Below, in pieces: positions 50,532 through 62,123 of a stretch of 64,000 nt of DNA. Under the pieces are notes generated by a model. That model was given only the letters and a program-made list of their open reading frames with translations, made no database searches and had not been told where the DNA came from. How positions within the stretch are numbered: position 1 is the first letter of the stretch; every line of letters starts with the position of its first letter. Source of the stretch: Abiotrophia defectiva (lineage in GTDB: Bacteria > Bacillota > Bacilli > Lactobacillales > Aerococcaceae); contig CAUUNL010000001.1 of NCBI GenBank assembly GCA_963546405.1, forward strand, positions 19,261-83,260, read 5' to 3'. The position numbers were made by a program, and so were the translations under genes.

Positions 50532-51402
50532 AGTGCGCAACCTCAAACAGTATTATCATCAGGACCATACGGTCGTTAAGGCCGTAGACGATGTTAGCTT
50601 CACCGTTCAAGCGGGTGAGACCTTTGGTTTAGTAGGGGAATCGGGTAGTGGTAAATCAACCATTGGCCGTGCCATTGTCAACCTCTATCAGCCAACTGAT
50701 GGCCAGATTCTCTACCAGGGTAAGGCGCTCAGTGACCTTTCCAAGGGAGAGCGTCTTGACTATAACAAGGACGTCCAAATGATTTTCCAAGATCCTTATG
50801 CTTCCTTAAATCCTCGGATGAAGGTCCAAGATATTGTGGCTGAGGGGATGGAAGTCCATGGCTTGGTGGCCTCCAAATCAGAGCGGGATGCCAAAGTGGC
50901 CGAGCTCTTAGCCTCGGTTGGTTTATCACCTGAACATGCTTTACGCTATCCCCATGAATTTTCGGGCGGCCAGCGCCAACGGATTGGGATTGCGCGGGCC
51001 TTGGCGGTTGAACCTAAGTTTATTGTCTGTGATGAACCTATCTCAGCCTTGGATGTCTCCATCCAAGCCCAAATCATTAACCTATTGCAAGGCTTGCAAG
51101 AAGAACGGGGCTTGACCTATCTCTTTATCGCCCATAACCTAGCCATGGTTAAATACTTTAGTGACCGTATTGGCATGATGTATCGAGGTCGCATGGTGGA
51201 ATTAGCAACTGCTGAAGCGCTCTATGAGCAACCGCTACATCCTTATACGCAGAGCTTGCTATCAGCCATTCCACTGCCAGATCCAGATCAGGACCGTCAG
51301 CGTCAACGGATTGTCTATCAGCCAAGTCAAGCTGAACTAGAGGCGCCTCATGATTGGGTGCAAGCGCAAGACCAGCATTGGGTCATGAAAGCCAAAGCCT
51401 AA
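50512..51402 (+). CDS. oppF: Oligopeptide ABC ATPase OppF
   Basis: [40 protein letters not shown]. Confidence 0.95.
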   Translation: MTKALIEVRNLKQYYHQDHTVVKAVDDVSFTVQAGETFGLVGESGSGKSTIGRAIVNLYQPTDGQILYQGKALSDLSKGERLDYNKDVQMIFQDPYASLNPRMKVQDIVAEGMEVHGLVASKSERDAKVAELLASVGLSPEHALRYPHEFSGGQRQRIGIARALAVEPKFIVCDEPISALDVSIQAQIINLLQGLQEERGLTYLFIAHNLAMVKYFSDRIGMMYRGRMVELATAEALYEQPLHPYTQSLLSAIPLPDPDQDRQRQRIVYQPSQAELEAPHDWVQAQDQHWVMKAKA

Positions 51403-51415
51403 TAAACTAAGCATA

Positions 51416-51450
51416 AACCTTCTTCCTGTATCAGGGAGGAGGTCTTTTTT
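51416..51450 (+). terminator. Intrinsic terminator of opp operon
   Basis: ACCTTCTTCCTG/CAGGGAGGAGGT plus T run. Confidence 0.8.
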
Positions 51451-51835
51451 GTGCTTCGATTAGATTGTGAAGAGCAACCCCAAAAGCGCGTGATTTTAAT
51501 AAGTCCATGTGAAGTAAAATTCACTAACTGAAATATTAGACTGAAAGACACCAGAAATAACAAGCTGTTTTGTCATTATATGGCGATTTTGAAACAGATA
51601 TTTAAGTGTAGTATTACAGTTCAACCCTTAATGTATCCACTTTCCGGTGAAAAGTAACCGTTTTTCTTGGATAAAAGCCCCTTATATTGTATCATTCACA
51701 AAAACGGACGATAGGGGCTAAAGTGACTATTATCAAGCCTTAGCGCTTGCATTTGCTAGCCAAGAGTGGTAAATTTATAAGGTACAGTCTACCAGTAATA
51801 CAGAAATTAAGTCTGTCTTGCTCGGTAGTAGTTAA

Positions 51836-52960
<1,125 letters not shown>

Positions 52961-52962
52961 TA

Positions 52963-53940
52963 ATGGCTCAAAAAACGATGATTGAGGCTATCACAGAAGC
53001 GTTAGCCATTGAATTACGCAATGACGACCGTACCCTTATTTTCGGGGAAGACGTCGGCTTGAACGGGGGGGTATTCCGTGCCACTCAAGGTTTACAAGCA
53101 GAATTTGGTGAAGACCGCGTCTTCAACACTCCTTTAGCAGAATCTGGTATCGGTGGTATGGCCATTGGTTTGGCTTTGGAAGGTTTCCGTCCAATCCCTG
53201 AAATCCAATTCTTAGGCTTCGTCTTCGAAGTAATGGACTCTGTTGTTGCTCAAGCAGCACGTACTCGTTACCGTCTTGGCGGTAGCCGTAACATGCCAAT
53301 CACTTTCCGTGCACCATTCGGTGGTGGGGTTCACACGCCTGAATTGCACGCTGATAACTTGGAAGGTCTATTAGCTCAATCTCCAGGTATCAAGGTTGTT
53401 ATTCCTTCTGGTCCATACGATGCTAAGGGCTTGCTCTTGTCATCTATCCGTGATAACGACCCAGTTATCTTCTTGGAGCACATGAAACTCTACCGTTCTT
53501 TCCGTGAGGAAGTGCCGGAAGCTGAATACACCATTCCTTTAGGCAAAGCTAACGTTGTGAAGGAAGGGAACCACGTATCCATCATCACTTACGGGGCAAT
53601 GGTTCGTGAAGCGGTTAAAGCGGCTGAAAAGCTTGAAAAAGACGGGATTTCTGTTGAAATCCTTGACCTACGTACGGTTCAACCACTTGATATCGAAGCA
53701 ATCGTCGCAACCACTGAGAAAACTGGTCGCGTCGTTGTGGTTCAAGAAGCACAACGTCAAGCAGGGGTTGGCGCTCGCGTAATGGCTGAAATTACTGAAC
53801 GTGCTGTTCTTTCCTTGGAAGCACCAGTTGGTTTCGTTGCAGCACCTGACACCATCTTCCCATTCGGTCAAGCCGAACATGACTGGTTGCCAAATGCAAC
53901 AGACATCGAAGAAAAAGTACGCGAAGTATACAACTTCTAA
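52963..53940 (+). CDS. pdhB: Pyruvate dehydrogenase E1 beta
   Basis: [30 protein letters not shown]. Confidence 0.97.
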   Translation: MAQKTMIEAITEALAIELRNDDRTLIFGEDVGLNGGVFRATQGLQAEFGEDRVFNTPLAESGIGGMAIGLALEGFRPIPEIQFLGFVFEVMDSVVAQAARTRYRLGGSRNMPITFRAPFGGGVHTPELHADNLEGLLAQSPGIKVVIPSGPYDAKGLLLSSIRDNDPVIFLEHMKLYRSFREEVPEAEYTIPLGKANVVKEGNHVSIITYGAMVREAVKAAEKLEKDGISVEILDLRTVQPLDIEAIVATTEKTGRVVVVQEAQRQAGVGARVMAEITERAVLSLEAPVGFVAAPDTIFPFGQAEHDWLPNATDIEEKVREVYNF

Positions 53941-53969
53941 TATTCAGTTGAGGAAAGGAAGTAAATAAC

Positions 53970-55271
53970 ATGGCTTTTAAATTCAGATTGCCTGATATCG
54001 GTGAAGGGATTGCCGAAGGCGAAATCGTAAAATGGGACGTTAAAGAAGGCGACACCATTCAAGAAGACGATACATTAGTGGAAATCCAAAACGACAAATC
54101 CGTTGAGGAAATTCCATCTCCAGTTACTGGTAAAATCTTAAAAATCTTGGTTCCAGAAGGAACTGTTGCGCGCGTAGGGGACGTTTTAGTTGAAATCGAC
54201 GCTCCTGGCCATGAAGACGAAGGCGATGCAGCACCAGCTGCAGAAGCTGCACCAGAAGCGGCTCCAGCTGCGGAAGCTGCACCTGCAGCACCAGCAGGCC
54301 CAGGTGCTCCAACAGGCGCTCCTGCAGGTGAAGGTAAACGTGTCTTAGCAATGCCATCTGTTCGTAAATTAGCTCGTGACAAGGGTGTTGACATTCGTTT
54401 AGTAACGCCTTCTGGTAAGGGTGGTCGTGTTGTGGCGGCTGACGTCTTGGCCTTCAACGGTGAAGCAGCACCAGTTGCGGCTGCAGAAGTAGCAGCACCA
54501 GCAGAAGCAGCAAGCGTTGCGGCAGCACCTGCAGCACCAGCACAACCATACGTATCTGGTAAGGGCGAAGCTGAAACTCGCGAACCATTATCTCCAATGC
54601 GTAAAGCTATTTCTAAGGCAATGGTTAACTCTAAACACACTGCGCCTCACGTAACCCTCTTCGACGAAGTAGAAGTATCTGCTTTATGGGATCACCGTAA
54701 GAAGTTCAAAGACATTGCCGCTAACCGTGGTACTAAGTTAACCTTCTTGCCATACGTGGTAAAAGCCTTAGTAGCAACTGTTAAGAAGTTCCCAGTCCTC
54801 AATGCTTCCATTGACGACGCTAGCCAAGAAATTGTCTACAAGAACTACTACAACATCGGTATTGCGACTGACACTGAACGTGGCCTCTTCGTACCAAACG
54901 TTAAGGACGCTAACACTAAGTCAGTATTCGACATTGCAGATGAAATCAACGGCAAGGCAGCTTTAGCTCACGAAGGTAAGTTAACTGCTCAAGACATGAG
55001 CCAAGGGACTATCACAATCTCTAACATTGGTTCTGCACGTGGTCAATGGTTCACACCAATCATTAACTACCCAGAAGTTGCTATCTTAGGGATGGGGACT
55101 ATCAACGTTCAACCAGTAGTGAACGCTGAAGGCGAAATCGCTGTTGGCCGTATGTTGAAATTGTCCTTGAGCTTCGACCACCGTATCGTCGATGGTGCTA
55201 CTGCACAAAATGCAATGAACGAATTGAAACGTTTATTGGCTGACCCAGAATTATTATTGATGGAAGGTTAA
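53970..55271 (+). CDS. pdhC: Dihydrolipoamide acetyltransferase E2
   Basis: Lipoyl domain QNDKS, Ala/Pro linkers, FDHRIVDG. Confidence 0.97.
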   Translation: MAFKFRLPDIGEGIAEGEIVKWDVKEGDTIQEDDTLVEIQNDKSVEEIPSPVTGKILKILVPEGTVARVGDVLVEIDAPGHEDEGDAAPAAEAAPEAAPAAEAAPAAPAGPGAPTGAPAGEGKRVLAMPSVRKLARDKGVDIRLVTPSGKGGRVVAADVLAFNGEAAPVAAAEVAAPAEAASVAAAPAAPAQPYVSGKGEAETREPLSPMRKAISKAMVNSKHTAPHVTLFDEVEVSALWDHRKKFKDIAANRGTKLTFLPYVVKALVATVKKFPVLNASIDDASQEIVYKNYYNIGIATDTERGLFVPNVKDANTKSVFDIADEINGKAALAHEGKLTAQDMSQGTITISNIGSARGQWFTPIINYPEVAILGMGTINVQPVVNAEGEIAVGRMLKLSLSFDHRIVDGATAQNAMNELKRLLADPELLLMEG

Positions 55272-55284
55272 GGTGAAATAGATT

Positions 55285-56691
55285 ATGGTAGTAGGAGATT
55301 TCGCAATTGAACTCGACACAGTCGTGATTGGTTCTGGCCCTGGTGGGTATGTAGCAGCTATTCGTGCTGCTCAACTCGGCCAAAAAGTTGCCATCATTGA
55401 AAAAGACTACATCGGGGGGACCTGCTTGAACGTAGGTTGTATCCCTTCAAAGGCTTTGATCAACGCTGGCCACACCTACCACAATGCTAAACACGGTGAC
55501 CACTTTGGGGTGATTGCCAAAGACATCACTGTGGACTTCAAACGTACCCAAGAATGGAAAGACAAAGAAGTTGTTGCTAAGTTAACTGGCGGGATTCGCA
55601 TGTTACTTAAGAAGAACAAGGTTGAAATTATTGAAGGGGAAGCTTTCTTCGTAGATGACCATACATTACGTGTAGTCAAAGAAGACTCAGCTCAAACTTA
55701 CAGCTTCAACAATGCCATTGTGGCAACTGGTAGCCGCCCAATCGAAATCAAAGGCTTCAAGTACAGCGACCGCGTGATTGACTCAACTGGTGCTTTAGCC
55801 TTAGACCACATTCCATCTTCTATGGTGGTAATCGGTGGGGGTTACATCGGGTCAGAATTAGCAGGGGCTTTCGCTAACTTCGGGACTAAGATTACAATCT
55901 TGGAAGGTTCTAACCAAATCATCCCAACTTTTGAAAAAGACATGGTTAAATTAGTGGAAAATGAATTCGCTAAGAAGGGTGTAGATATCATCACCAACGC
56001 TATGGCTTTGAACTCAGAAGTAAAAGACAAGTCTGTTGTAGTAACTTATGAAGTAGGGGGCAAACAACACACTGTTGAAGCAGAATACTGCTTAGTAACA
56101 GTAGGTCGCCGTCCTAACACTGATAACTGTGGCTTGGAAGTTGCTGGGGTTATCGTGGGTGAACGTGGCTTGATCAATGTTGACAAACAAGGTCGCACTA
56201 ACAAACCAAACATCTTCGCCATCGGTGACGCTGTTCCAGGTGCTGCCTTAGCCCACAAAGCAAGTTATGAAGCTAAGGTTGCTGCTGAAGCAATTGCTGG
56301 GCAAGCATCAGAAGTTGACTATGTGGCAATGCCAGCAGTCTGCTTCACTGACCCAGAATTGTCTTCTGTAGGTTACACTGTAGACCAAGCCAAAGAAGCA
56401 GGCTTGAATGCTAAAGCTGTTAAATTCCCATTAGCAGGTAACGGTCGTGCCTTGTCCTTGAACGCAACTGAAGGTTTCGTACGTTTGGTTGTTGACAAAG
56501 ATGATAACACCATCTTAGGGGCACAAGTTGCAGGGGTTAACGCTTCTGACATCATTGCTGAATTGACCTTGGCGGTTGAAGGCGGCTTGAACGCTGAAGA
56601 CATCGCCTTGACAATCCACTCTCACCCATCCTTAGCTGAAACAGTCATGGATGCTGCTGAGTTGGCTTTAGGTCACCCAATTCACGTCTAA
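55285..56691 (+). CDS. pdhD: Dihydrolipoyl dehydrogenase E3
   Basis: [31 protein letters not shown]. Confidence 0.97.
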   Translation: MVVGDFAIELDTVVIGSGPGGYVAAIRAAQLGQKVAIIEKDYIGGTCLNVGCIPSKALINAGHTYHNAKHGDHFGVIAKDITVDFKRTQEWKDKEVVAKLTGGIRMLLKKNKVEIIEGEAFFVDDHTLRVVKEDSAQTYSFNNAIVATGSRPIEIKGFKYSDRVIDSTGALALDHIPSSMVVIGGGYIGSELAGAFANFGTKITILEGSNQIIPTFEKDMVKLVENEFAKKGVDIITNAMALNSEVKDKSVVVTYEVGGKQHTVEAEYCLVTVGRRPNTDNCGLEVAGVIVGERGLINVDKQGRTNKPNIFAIGDAVPGAALAHKASYEAKVAAEAIAGQASEVDYVAMPAVCFTDPELSSVGYTVDQAKEAGLNAKAVKFPLAGNGRALSLNATEGFVRLVVDKDDNTILGAQVAGVNASDIIAELTLAVEGGLNAEDIALTIHSHPSLAETVMDAAELALGHPIHV

Positions 56692-56699
56692 TCAACTTC

Positions 56700-56725
56700 C
56701 CAATATATCATATATGATATATTGG
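56700..56725. repeat. Perfect 26-bp palindrome CCAATATATCATATATGATATATTGG
   Basis: Shares the TATATCATATATGATATA core with 34229-34262. Confidence 0.9.
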
Positions 56726-56727
56726 TC

Positions 56728-56754
56728 AGAGCCGGGGCAAGCCTCGGCTCTTTT
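56728..56754 (+). terminator. Intrinsic terminator of pdh operon
   Basis: AGAGCCGGGG/CCTCGGCTCTTTT. Confidence 0.8.
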
Positions 56755-56837
56755 CTTAAATGGTTTTGAAAGGGCTTATCTGCTTGGAATAACGCCTTTT
56801 TTATGCAAAAAAGTAGCGGATTCATAGCCTAAAAGCT

Positions 56838-56865
56838 TGTAATTGATTTGTAATAGATGTATAAT
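56838..56865 (+). promoter_or_regulatory. WalR/VicR-type direct repeat TGTAAT-N5-TGTAAT overlapping the promoter (-10 TATAAT at 56860)
   Basis: Exact match to the TGTWAH-N5-TGTWAH consensus. Confidence 0.6.
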
Positions 56866-56905
56866 GAGTGTAACGAGATTCGAGAATCCACTTAAGGGGG
56901 AAACG

Positions 56906-57931
56906 ATGATGAGATCATTCAAGAAAATAATCGCGACCTTACTATTATTTGCGACTATTCTAGTACCAGCTTTCGCAGCTCAGGCAGAGAGCTTGAACGC
57001 TATCTTAAAATACAGCATCTATGACTTATATTCAGGGGAATTTGTTCAAGAAGTCAACTTCTTGACGCACTCTTCTAAGGATGCTTCCATTATCCAAACA
57101 GTTGATTGGTTCAACCAACGGGGCATTATGATGGATCCAAAGCGCTTCAACCTCAAGGTATCCAGTTACTTAACAGAATACTCAACTTCTAAAGGTAACC
57201 TATCAGCTTATACAGCAGATATTATGGTTTACACTACAGAAGCGGATGTTCTGAAAAACTTGGGCATCAAGGCTGAGACAGAACCAGGCGTTCGTAATGT
57301 GATTGAGATGCCTCAATACGAACCAGAGCGTCAAATGCGTGAAGCTTGGGAGACTGCGACCAATTCTGTGCCTACTGCCATTACACCAAATGCGCCAGCT
57401 GTTGAAACAAGTAGTGAAAGTAGTGCTCCTGCGGGCGCTAGTAGCTCCAGTGTCAGCCAAAATAGTACATCGACTACAAGCCAGGCCAGTGAAATTAACA
57501 AGCCGGTGACAGTTGATAAGTCATCTAGCAACGAAACAAACGCTAAGCCTAATGAAAATAGCCGCAGTAATACAGCTAGTCAAGACATTGCTTATAGTGT
57601 CGTTTCAGAAGTAAAACCTGATGAAAGCAACAAACCAGCTAACAATCAGAATGCGACTGATAATAAAGTAGCAGCTAATCAACAAAATAATAATACCAAT
57701 CAAGCTGCTAACAAGCCGGCTGCCAATAATCAACAGGTAACAGTTAACAAAACGACAAACAATAATAACAAGTCAGAGGCTAAGTCTGAAGCTTCTCAAG
57801 CACCCGTAGTTCAGAAGAAAGCCTTACCTAAGACAGGGGAAGAATCCAACTTTGGTTGGTTAGTGGCTCTAGTCTTGGTAATTGCTGGTGTAGCTGTTCT
57901 ATTCGGCTACAAGAAAACACGAAAGCAATAG
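56906..57931 (+). CDS. LPXTG cell-wall-anchored protein
   Basis: Signal peptide, Ser/Asn/Gln-rich stalk, LPKTG plus TM plus basic tail. Confidence 0.9.
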   Translation: MMRSFKKIIATLLLFATILVPAFAAQAESLNAILKYSIYDLYSGEFVQEVNFLTHSSKDASIIQTVDWFNQRGIMMDPKRFNLKVSSYLTEYSTSKGNLSAYTADIMVYTTEADVLKNLGIKAETEPGVRNVIEMPQYEPERQMREAWETATNSVPTAITPNAPAVETSSESSAPAGASSSSVSQNSTSTTSQASEINKPVTVDKSSSNETNAKPNENSRSNTASQDIAYSVVSEVKPDESNKPANNQNATDNKVAANQQNNNTNQAANKPAANNQQVTVNKTTNNNNKSEAKSEASQAPVVQKKALPKTGEESNFGWLVALVLVIAGVAVLFGYKKTRKQ

Positions 57932-57935
57932 AAAG

Positions 57936-57962
57936 AAAGCTCCCTTTTTAGGGGGCTTTTTT
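57936..57962 (+). terminator. Intrinsic terminator
   Basis: AAAGCTCCCT/AGGGGGCTTT plus T run. Confidence 0.75.
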
Positions 57963-57972
57963 ACTTATTTAA

Positions 57973-58001
57973 TTGACACTGGCTGGCTTTAAGGGTATAC
58001 T
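57973..58001 (+). promoter_or_regulatory. Sigma-A promoter of pyr operon
   Basis: TTGACA-17 bp-TATACT. Confidence 0.8.
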
Positions 58002-58029
58002 AGTAGCAATTTAGGGGCAAAATCCGAAT

Positions 58030-58059
58030 TTTTAAGGAAATCCCGTGAGGTTTCCAAGG
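58030..58059 (+). promoter_or_regulatory. PyrR-binding RNA loop 1
   Basis: TTTTAA-GGAAA-TCCCGTGAGG-TTTCC-AAG resembles the UUUAA...UCCNGNGAGG consensus. Confidence 0.7.
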
Positions 58060-58118
58060 TGCTCAGGCCAACTTAGACTTGGCCATGTCGACGATTTTGT
58101 CTAGATGGAGAAGTGACT

Positions 58119-58643
58119 ATGAAACGACGTGTTTTATTCGATGCTAGCCAAATTAACCGCATGCTGACCCGCATGGCTCATGAAATCAATGAGCGGACAG
58201 ATATTCATCAAGTGGTCCTGGTTGGTATTAAGACCCGAGGGGCTAATCTGGCTGATCGCCTGCAGGAGAAACTAGCCACCATCACCCAGGTTCAAGTAGC
58301 CGTAGAACACATTGATATTCAATTTTATCGGGATGATTTGGTTAAGAATCATGCTGACCCGCAAATACAGCACCTTTCTTTTACTCACAATTTAACTGAC
58401 AAGACTGTGGTCATTGTGGATGATGTCCTCTATACAGGCCGTACTGTGCGTGCCGCTATGGATGCCATTCTCGACGTTAGCCGTCCCCAGGTCATTCGTT
58501 TGGCCATTATGGTGGACCGGGGCCACCGCGAGCTTCCCATTCGGGCAGACTTTATTGGTAAAAACATTCCCACTGCACAAGAGGAGAGTGTCCATGTCTG
58601 TTTGCAAGAAGTGGATGGGACTGAAGAAATTCTACTCACTTAA
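58119..58643 (+). CDS. pyrR: Pyrimidine attenuation regulator / uracil phosphoribosyltransferase PyrR
   Basis: RMAHEI, GIKTRG, VDDVLYTGRT, DRGHRELPIRADFIGKNIPT. Confidence 0.97.
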   Translation: MKRRVLFDASQINRMLTRMAHEINERTDIHQVVLVGIKTRGANLADRLQEKLATITQVQVAVEHIDIQFYRDDLVKNHADPQIQHLSFTHNLTDKTVVIVDDVLYTGRTVRAAMDAILDVSRPQVIRLAIMVDRGHRELPIRADFIGKNIPTAQEESVHVCLQEVDGTEEILLT

Positions 58644-58650
58644 GATTTGA

Positions 58651-58766
58651 CTTTTTAAGCTAGTCCCGAGAGGCTATCAAGAGGAAAACTTAAGGGTCTT
58701 GTTAGGCAATAATAAGACGCTCATAAGTCAACCACCTGATAGCGAGGACTATTAGGTGGTTTTTTC
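58651..58766 (+). promoter_or_regulatory. PyrR attenuator before pyrB (binding loop 58651-58683, terminator 58730-58766)
   Basis: CTTTTTAA...AGTCCCGAGAGGCT...AAGAG; AACCACCTGATAG/CTATTAGGTGGTT plus T run. Confidence 0.85.
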
Positions 58767-58800
58767 TTATAGTTTGATTGCCATAATAAGGAGGAGACGT

Positions 58801-59682
58801 ATGCGAAACTTAGTAAAAATGTCGGACTTAAGCAAGGAGGAGGTCTACGACCTTATCCAACGAGCCCTAGAGCTCAAAGCGGGAGCCAGCCCTATTCAAC
58901 GGCCCGACCTCATAGCGGCCAATCTTTTCTTCGAAAACTCCACGCGGACCAAGCACAGTTTTGAAGTGGCTCAAATGAAGTTAGGCTTGCAGGTCCTGAA
59001 TTTTGATGCGTCAACATCCTCTCTAAACAAGGGAGAGACCCTCTATGACACTTGCAAGACGCTGGAAGCGATTGGTTGCAACATGCTAGTCATTCGCCAT
59101 AGCCAAGAAGCATACTATCAAGAACTTGAAGGCTTGACCATTCCTATAGTCAGTGGCGGTGATGGCAGCGGGGAGCATCCAAGCCAATGCCTGCTAGATT
59201 TGATGACCCTCTATGAGCATTTTGGCCGAATTGAAGGACTTGAAGTCGTTATAGCAGGTGATATCAAGAATTCACGGGTGGCCCGTAGCAACTATCACAT
59301 GCTGACCCGCTTAGGTGCCAAGGTTCAATTTGTAGGACCTCAAGTCTTCGCAGACCCGACTTTGGGCCAAATGGTCGACTTCGACCAGGTCATTGGCCAA
59401 GTTGATGCCTGCATGCTTTTACGTGTCCAATTTGAACGCCATCAGGAGGCGGTAGCCTTAAGCCGAGCAGACTATCATGCTCACTATGGCTTAACGCCAG
59501 CTCGCTACCAAGCCCTCAAGCCACAAGCCATTGTCATGCATCCAGCACCAGTCAACCGGGACATGGAGATTGCCTCTGAACTGGTGGAAGCTCCACAATC
59601 TCGCATTTTCACCCAGATGACCAATGGTCGCTTTATGCGCCAAGCTATTCTGGAGAAACTGATTGCCGATAACGCCCTCTAA
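58801..59682 (+). CDS. pyrB: Aspartate carbamoyltransferase
   Basis: FFENSTRT, HPSQCLLD, LRVQFER, MHPAP; AGGAGG RBS before ATG 58801. Confidence 0.97.
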   Translation: MRNLVKMSDLSKEEVYDLIQRALELKAGASPIQRPDLIAANLFFENSTRTKHSFEVAQMKLGLQVLNFDASTSSLNKGETLYDTCKTLEAIGCNMLVIRHSQEAYYQELEGLTIPIVSGGDGSGEHPSQCLLDLMTLYEHFGRIEGLEVVIAGDIKNSRVARSNYHMLTRLGAKVQFVGPQVFADPTLGQMVDFDQVIGQVDACMLLRVQFERHQEAVALSRADYHAHYGLTPARYQALKPQAIVMHPAPVNRDMEIASELVEAPQSRIFTQMTNGRFMRQAILEKLIADNAL

Positions 59683-59705
59683 CAAGATAGAAAGGAAGTT
59701 ACATC

Positions 59706-60983
59706 ATGCTATTACTCAAAAATGGTCGCCGTCTGGTCAAGGGACAATTGGAGCCTGTCGAAATCCTGATTGATGGGGACAAGATTATAGCCATGGACAA
59801 GGAGCTCAATGGCACGGCTGATCAAGTGTTTGACTTAAAAGGTAAACTTCTAGCGCCGGGTTTTATTGATGTCCATGTCCACTGGCGTGAACCAGGTTTT
59901 GAATACAAGGAAAACATCTACCATGCTTCCAGAGCGGCTGCGCGTGGTGGCTTCACTACAGCCATGCCCATGCCTAACCTTAATCCAGTTCCTGATTGCT
60001 ATGAGCATCTCAAGCCTCAGCTAGACATTATTGCACGTGATTCTGTCATTCGGGCCATCCCTTACGGGGCCATTACCAAAGGGGAGCTAGGGGAGGACTA
60101 CGCTCAGTTTGATGAGTTAGCCCAACATGTTTTTGCCTTCAGTGATGATGGGCGTGGTGTCCAAAATGCCAATATGATGTATGAATCTATGTGCGTTGCC
60201 GCCCGCCTTAACAAAGCTATTGTGGCCCATTGCGAGGACAATTCTTTGATTCGAGGTGGTTGTATGCACTGTGGTTGCCGCAGTCGAGAACTTGGTCTGC
60301 CAGGCATACCATCTGTCTGCGAGTCAGTTCAGATTGCTCGTGATATTCTCTTGGCCGAAGCGGCAGGCTGTCACTATCATGTCTGCCATGTGTCGACTAA
60401 GGAATCTGTACGTTTGGTTCGCGAGGCTAAGGCCAACGGCATTAAGGTGACCTGTGAAGTTTGCCCTCATCATTTACTGAGTGACGAGGACGACATTCCT
60501 CACAACCATGGCTTCTGGAAAATGAATCCACCCTTGCGCGCAGCCGAGGATCGTCGCGCCTTAATTGCTGGCCTCTTAGATGGCACTATCGACATTATCG
60601 CTACTGACCATGCGCCTCATGCTATGACTGAGAAAGACTTGCCAATGCAGGAGGCAGCCTTTGGTATTGTGGGGTCTGAAACAGCCTTTAGTCAGCTCTA
60701 TACCCACTTTGTCAAGCCAGGCATTATGTCCCTAGAATTTCTCTTGGATAAGATGTCGACTAATGTGGCTAAAATTTTTGACCTACCTTATGGAACCCTA
60801 GCCGTCGGGCAGCCTGCTGATCTGGTCGTTATCGATTTAGACAAGGTATCAAGTATCCAACCTGAGAATTTCTTATCCAAAGGTCGGAATACGCCATACG
60901 CCGGTCAAGAAGTTTATGGCTGGCCTATCCTAACCATTAGCCAAGGCCGCATCGCCTATCAAGATGCCACATTTTTTGCCTAA
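59706..60983 (+). CDS. pyrC: Dihydroorotase
   Basis: DVHVHWREPG, MPNLNP, KMNPPLR, ATDHAPH. Confidence 0.97.
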   Translation: MLLLKNGRRLVKGQLEPVEILIDGDKIIAMDKELNGTADQVFDLKGKLLAPGFIDVHVHWREPGFEYKENIYHASRAAARGGFTTAMPMPNLNPVPDCYEHLKPQLDIIARDSVIRAIPYGAITKGELGEDYAQFDELAQHVFAFSDDGRGVQNANMMYESMCVAARLNKAIVAHCEDNSLIRGGCMHCGCRSRELGLPGIPSVCESVQIARDILLAEAAGCHYHVCHVSTKESVRLVREAKANGIKVTCEVCPHHLLSDEDDIPHNHGFWKMNPPLRAAEDRRALIAGLLDGTIDIIATDHAPHAMTEKDLPMQEAAFGIVGSETAFSQLYTHFVKPGIMSLEFLLDKMSTNVAKIFDLPYGTLAVGQPADLVVIDLDKVSSIQPENFLSKGRNTPYAGQEVYGWPILTISQGRIAYQDATFFA

Positions 60984-61010
60984 GAGCTTAGTAAGACAAG
61001 GAGCGAGCAT

Positions 61011-62111
61011 ATGTATAGATATGATAAACAGCTGATTCTAGAAGATGGAACCATCTACAAGGGCTATGGCTTTGGTGCTGACCGGGCTATGTTAGGGGAA
61101 GTCGTCTTCAATACCGCCATGACCGGCTACCAAGAAACACTGTCAGACCCTTCCTACAATGGACAAATTGTCACCTTTACCTATCCCTTAATTGGTAATT
61201 ATGGCATTAACCGTGATGACTTCGAGACCATTAATCCCTCTATCAAGGGATTGGTAGTCCGAGAAGTTTGTCAAAAGCCTTCCAACTTCCGTAGCCAAAT
61301 GTCCCTAGACCAAGCACTCAAAGAACTAGATATCCCAGGAATTTGGGGCATTGATACCCGCAGTCTGACACGAAAGATTCGCCAATATGGGACGATTAAG
61401 GGGATTATTACTGACTTATCCGAAGATTCAGCACAAGTGCTAGAAAAACTTAGAGAGACTGAACTGGCCAGGGACCAAATTGCCCAAGTGTCGACTTCTA
61501 AGGCCTTCCTGTCGTCAGGAACGGGCTATCGAGTGGTTCTGGTTGATTTAGGCATGAAGTCAGGTATTCTGCGTGAACTTAATGAGCGTAACTGTGACAT
61601 TGTCGTGGTGCCTCATAATATTAGCGCTCAGGAAGTTTTACGGCTTCAACCTGATGGCGTCATGCTCTCTAATGGACCTGGCGACCCTGAGGATGTGCCA
61701 GAGACTATTGCCATGATTGGCCAAATCATGGACAAGCTACCAATTTTTGGTATTTGTATGGGGCATCAGCTAATCAGTTTGGCAGCAGGGGCTAAGACAT
61801 ACAAGCTCAAATTTGGTCATCGTGGGGCCAACCATCCAGTCAAGAATCTACTGACTGGCAAGGTGGACTTGACCTCACAAAACCATGGCTATAGCGTTGA
61901 CATTGATTCATTAGCAGATACAGACCTGGAATTAACTCATTTGTCAGTCAATGACCGCACCTGCGAGGGTGTTCGCCATAAGTTCTACCCAGTTTTCTCA
62001 GTTCAATATCATCCCGAAGCATCGCCAGGGCCACACGATCCTAATTATCTCTTCGATCAGTTCATCGAGAATATGAAAGCCTTCCAAGCTCAGTCTCGTC
62101 GCCACAAGTAA
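61011..62111 (+). CDS. carA: Carbamoyl-phosphate synthase small subunit
   Basis: GEVVFNTAMTGYQE, SNGPGDP, GICMGHQ, QYHPE. Confidence 0.98.
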   Translation: MYRYDKQLILEDGTIYKGYGFGADRAMLGEVVFNTAMTGYQETLSDPSYNGQIVTFTYPLIGNYGINRDDFETINPSIKGLVVREVCQKPSNFRSQMSLDQALKELDIPGIWGIDTRSLTRKIRQYGTIKGIITDLSEDSAQVLEKLRETELARDQIAQVSTSKAFLSSGTGYRVVLVDLGMKSGILRELNERNCDIVVVPHNISAQEVLRLQPDGVMLSNGPGDPEDVPETIAMIGQIMDKLPIFGICMGHQLISLAAGAKTYKLKFGHRGANHPVKNLLTGKVDLTSQNHGYSVDIDSLADTDLELTHLSVNDRTCEGVRHKFYPVFSVQYHPEASPGPHDPNYLFDQFIENMKAFQAQSRRHK

Positions 62112-62123
62112 AGGAGTCCTATC

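Noticed and set aside
54059..54640. 193-aa minus-strand ORF and GCA/CCA repeats
   Set aside because: Antisense shadow of the ordinary Ala/Pro-rich PdhC linkers
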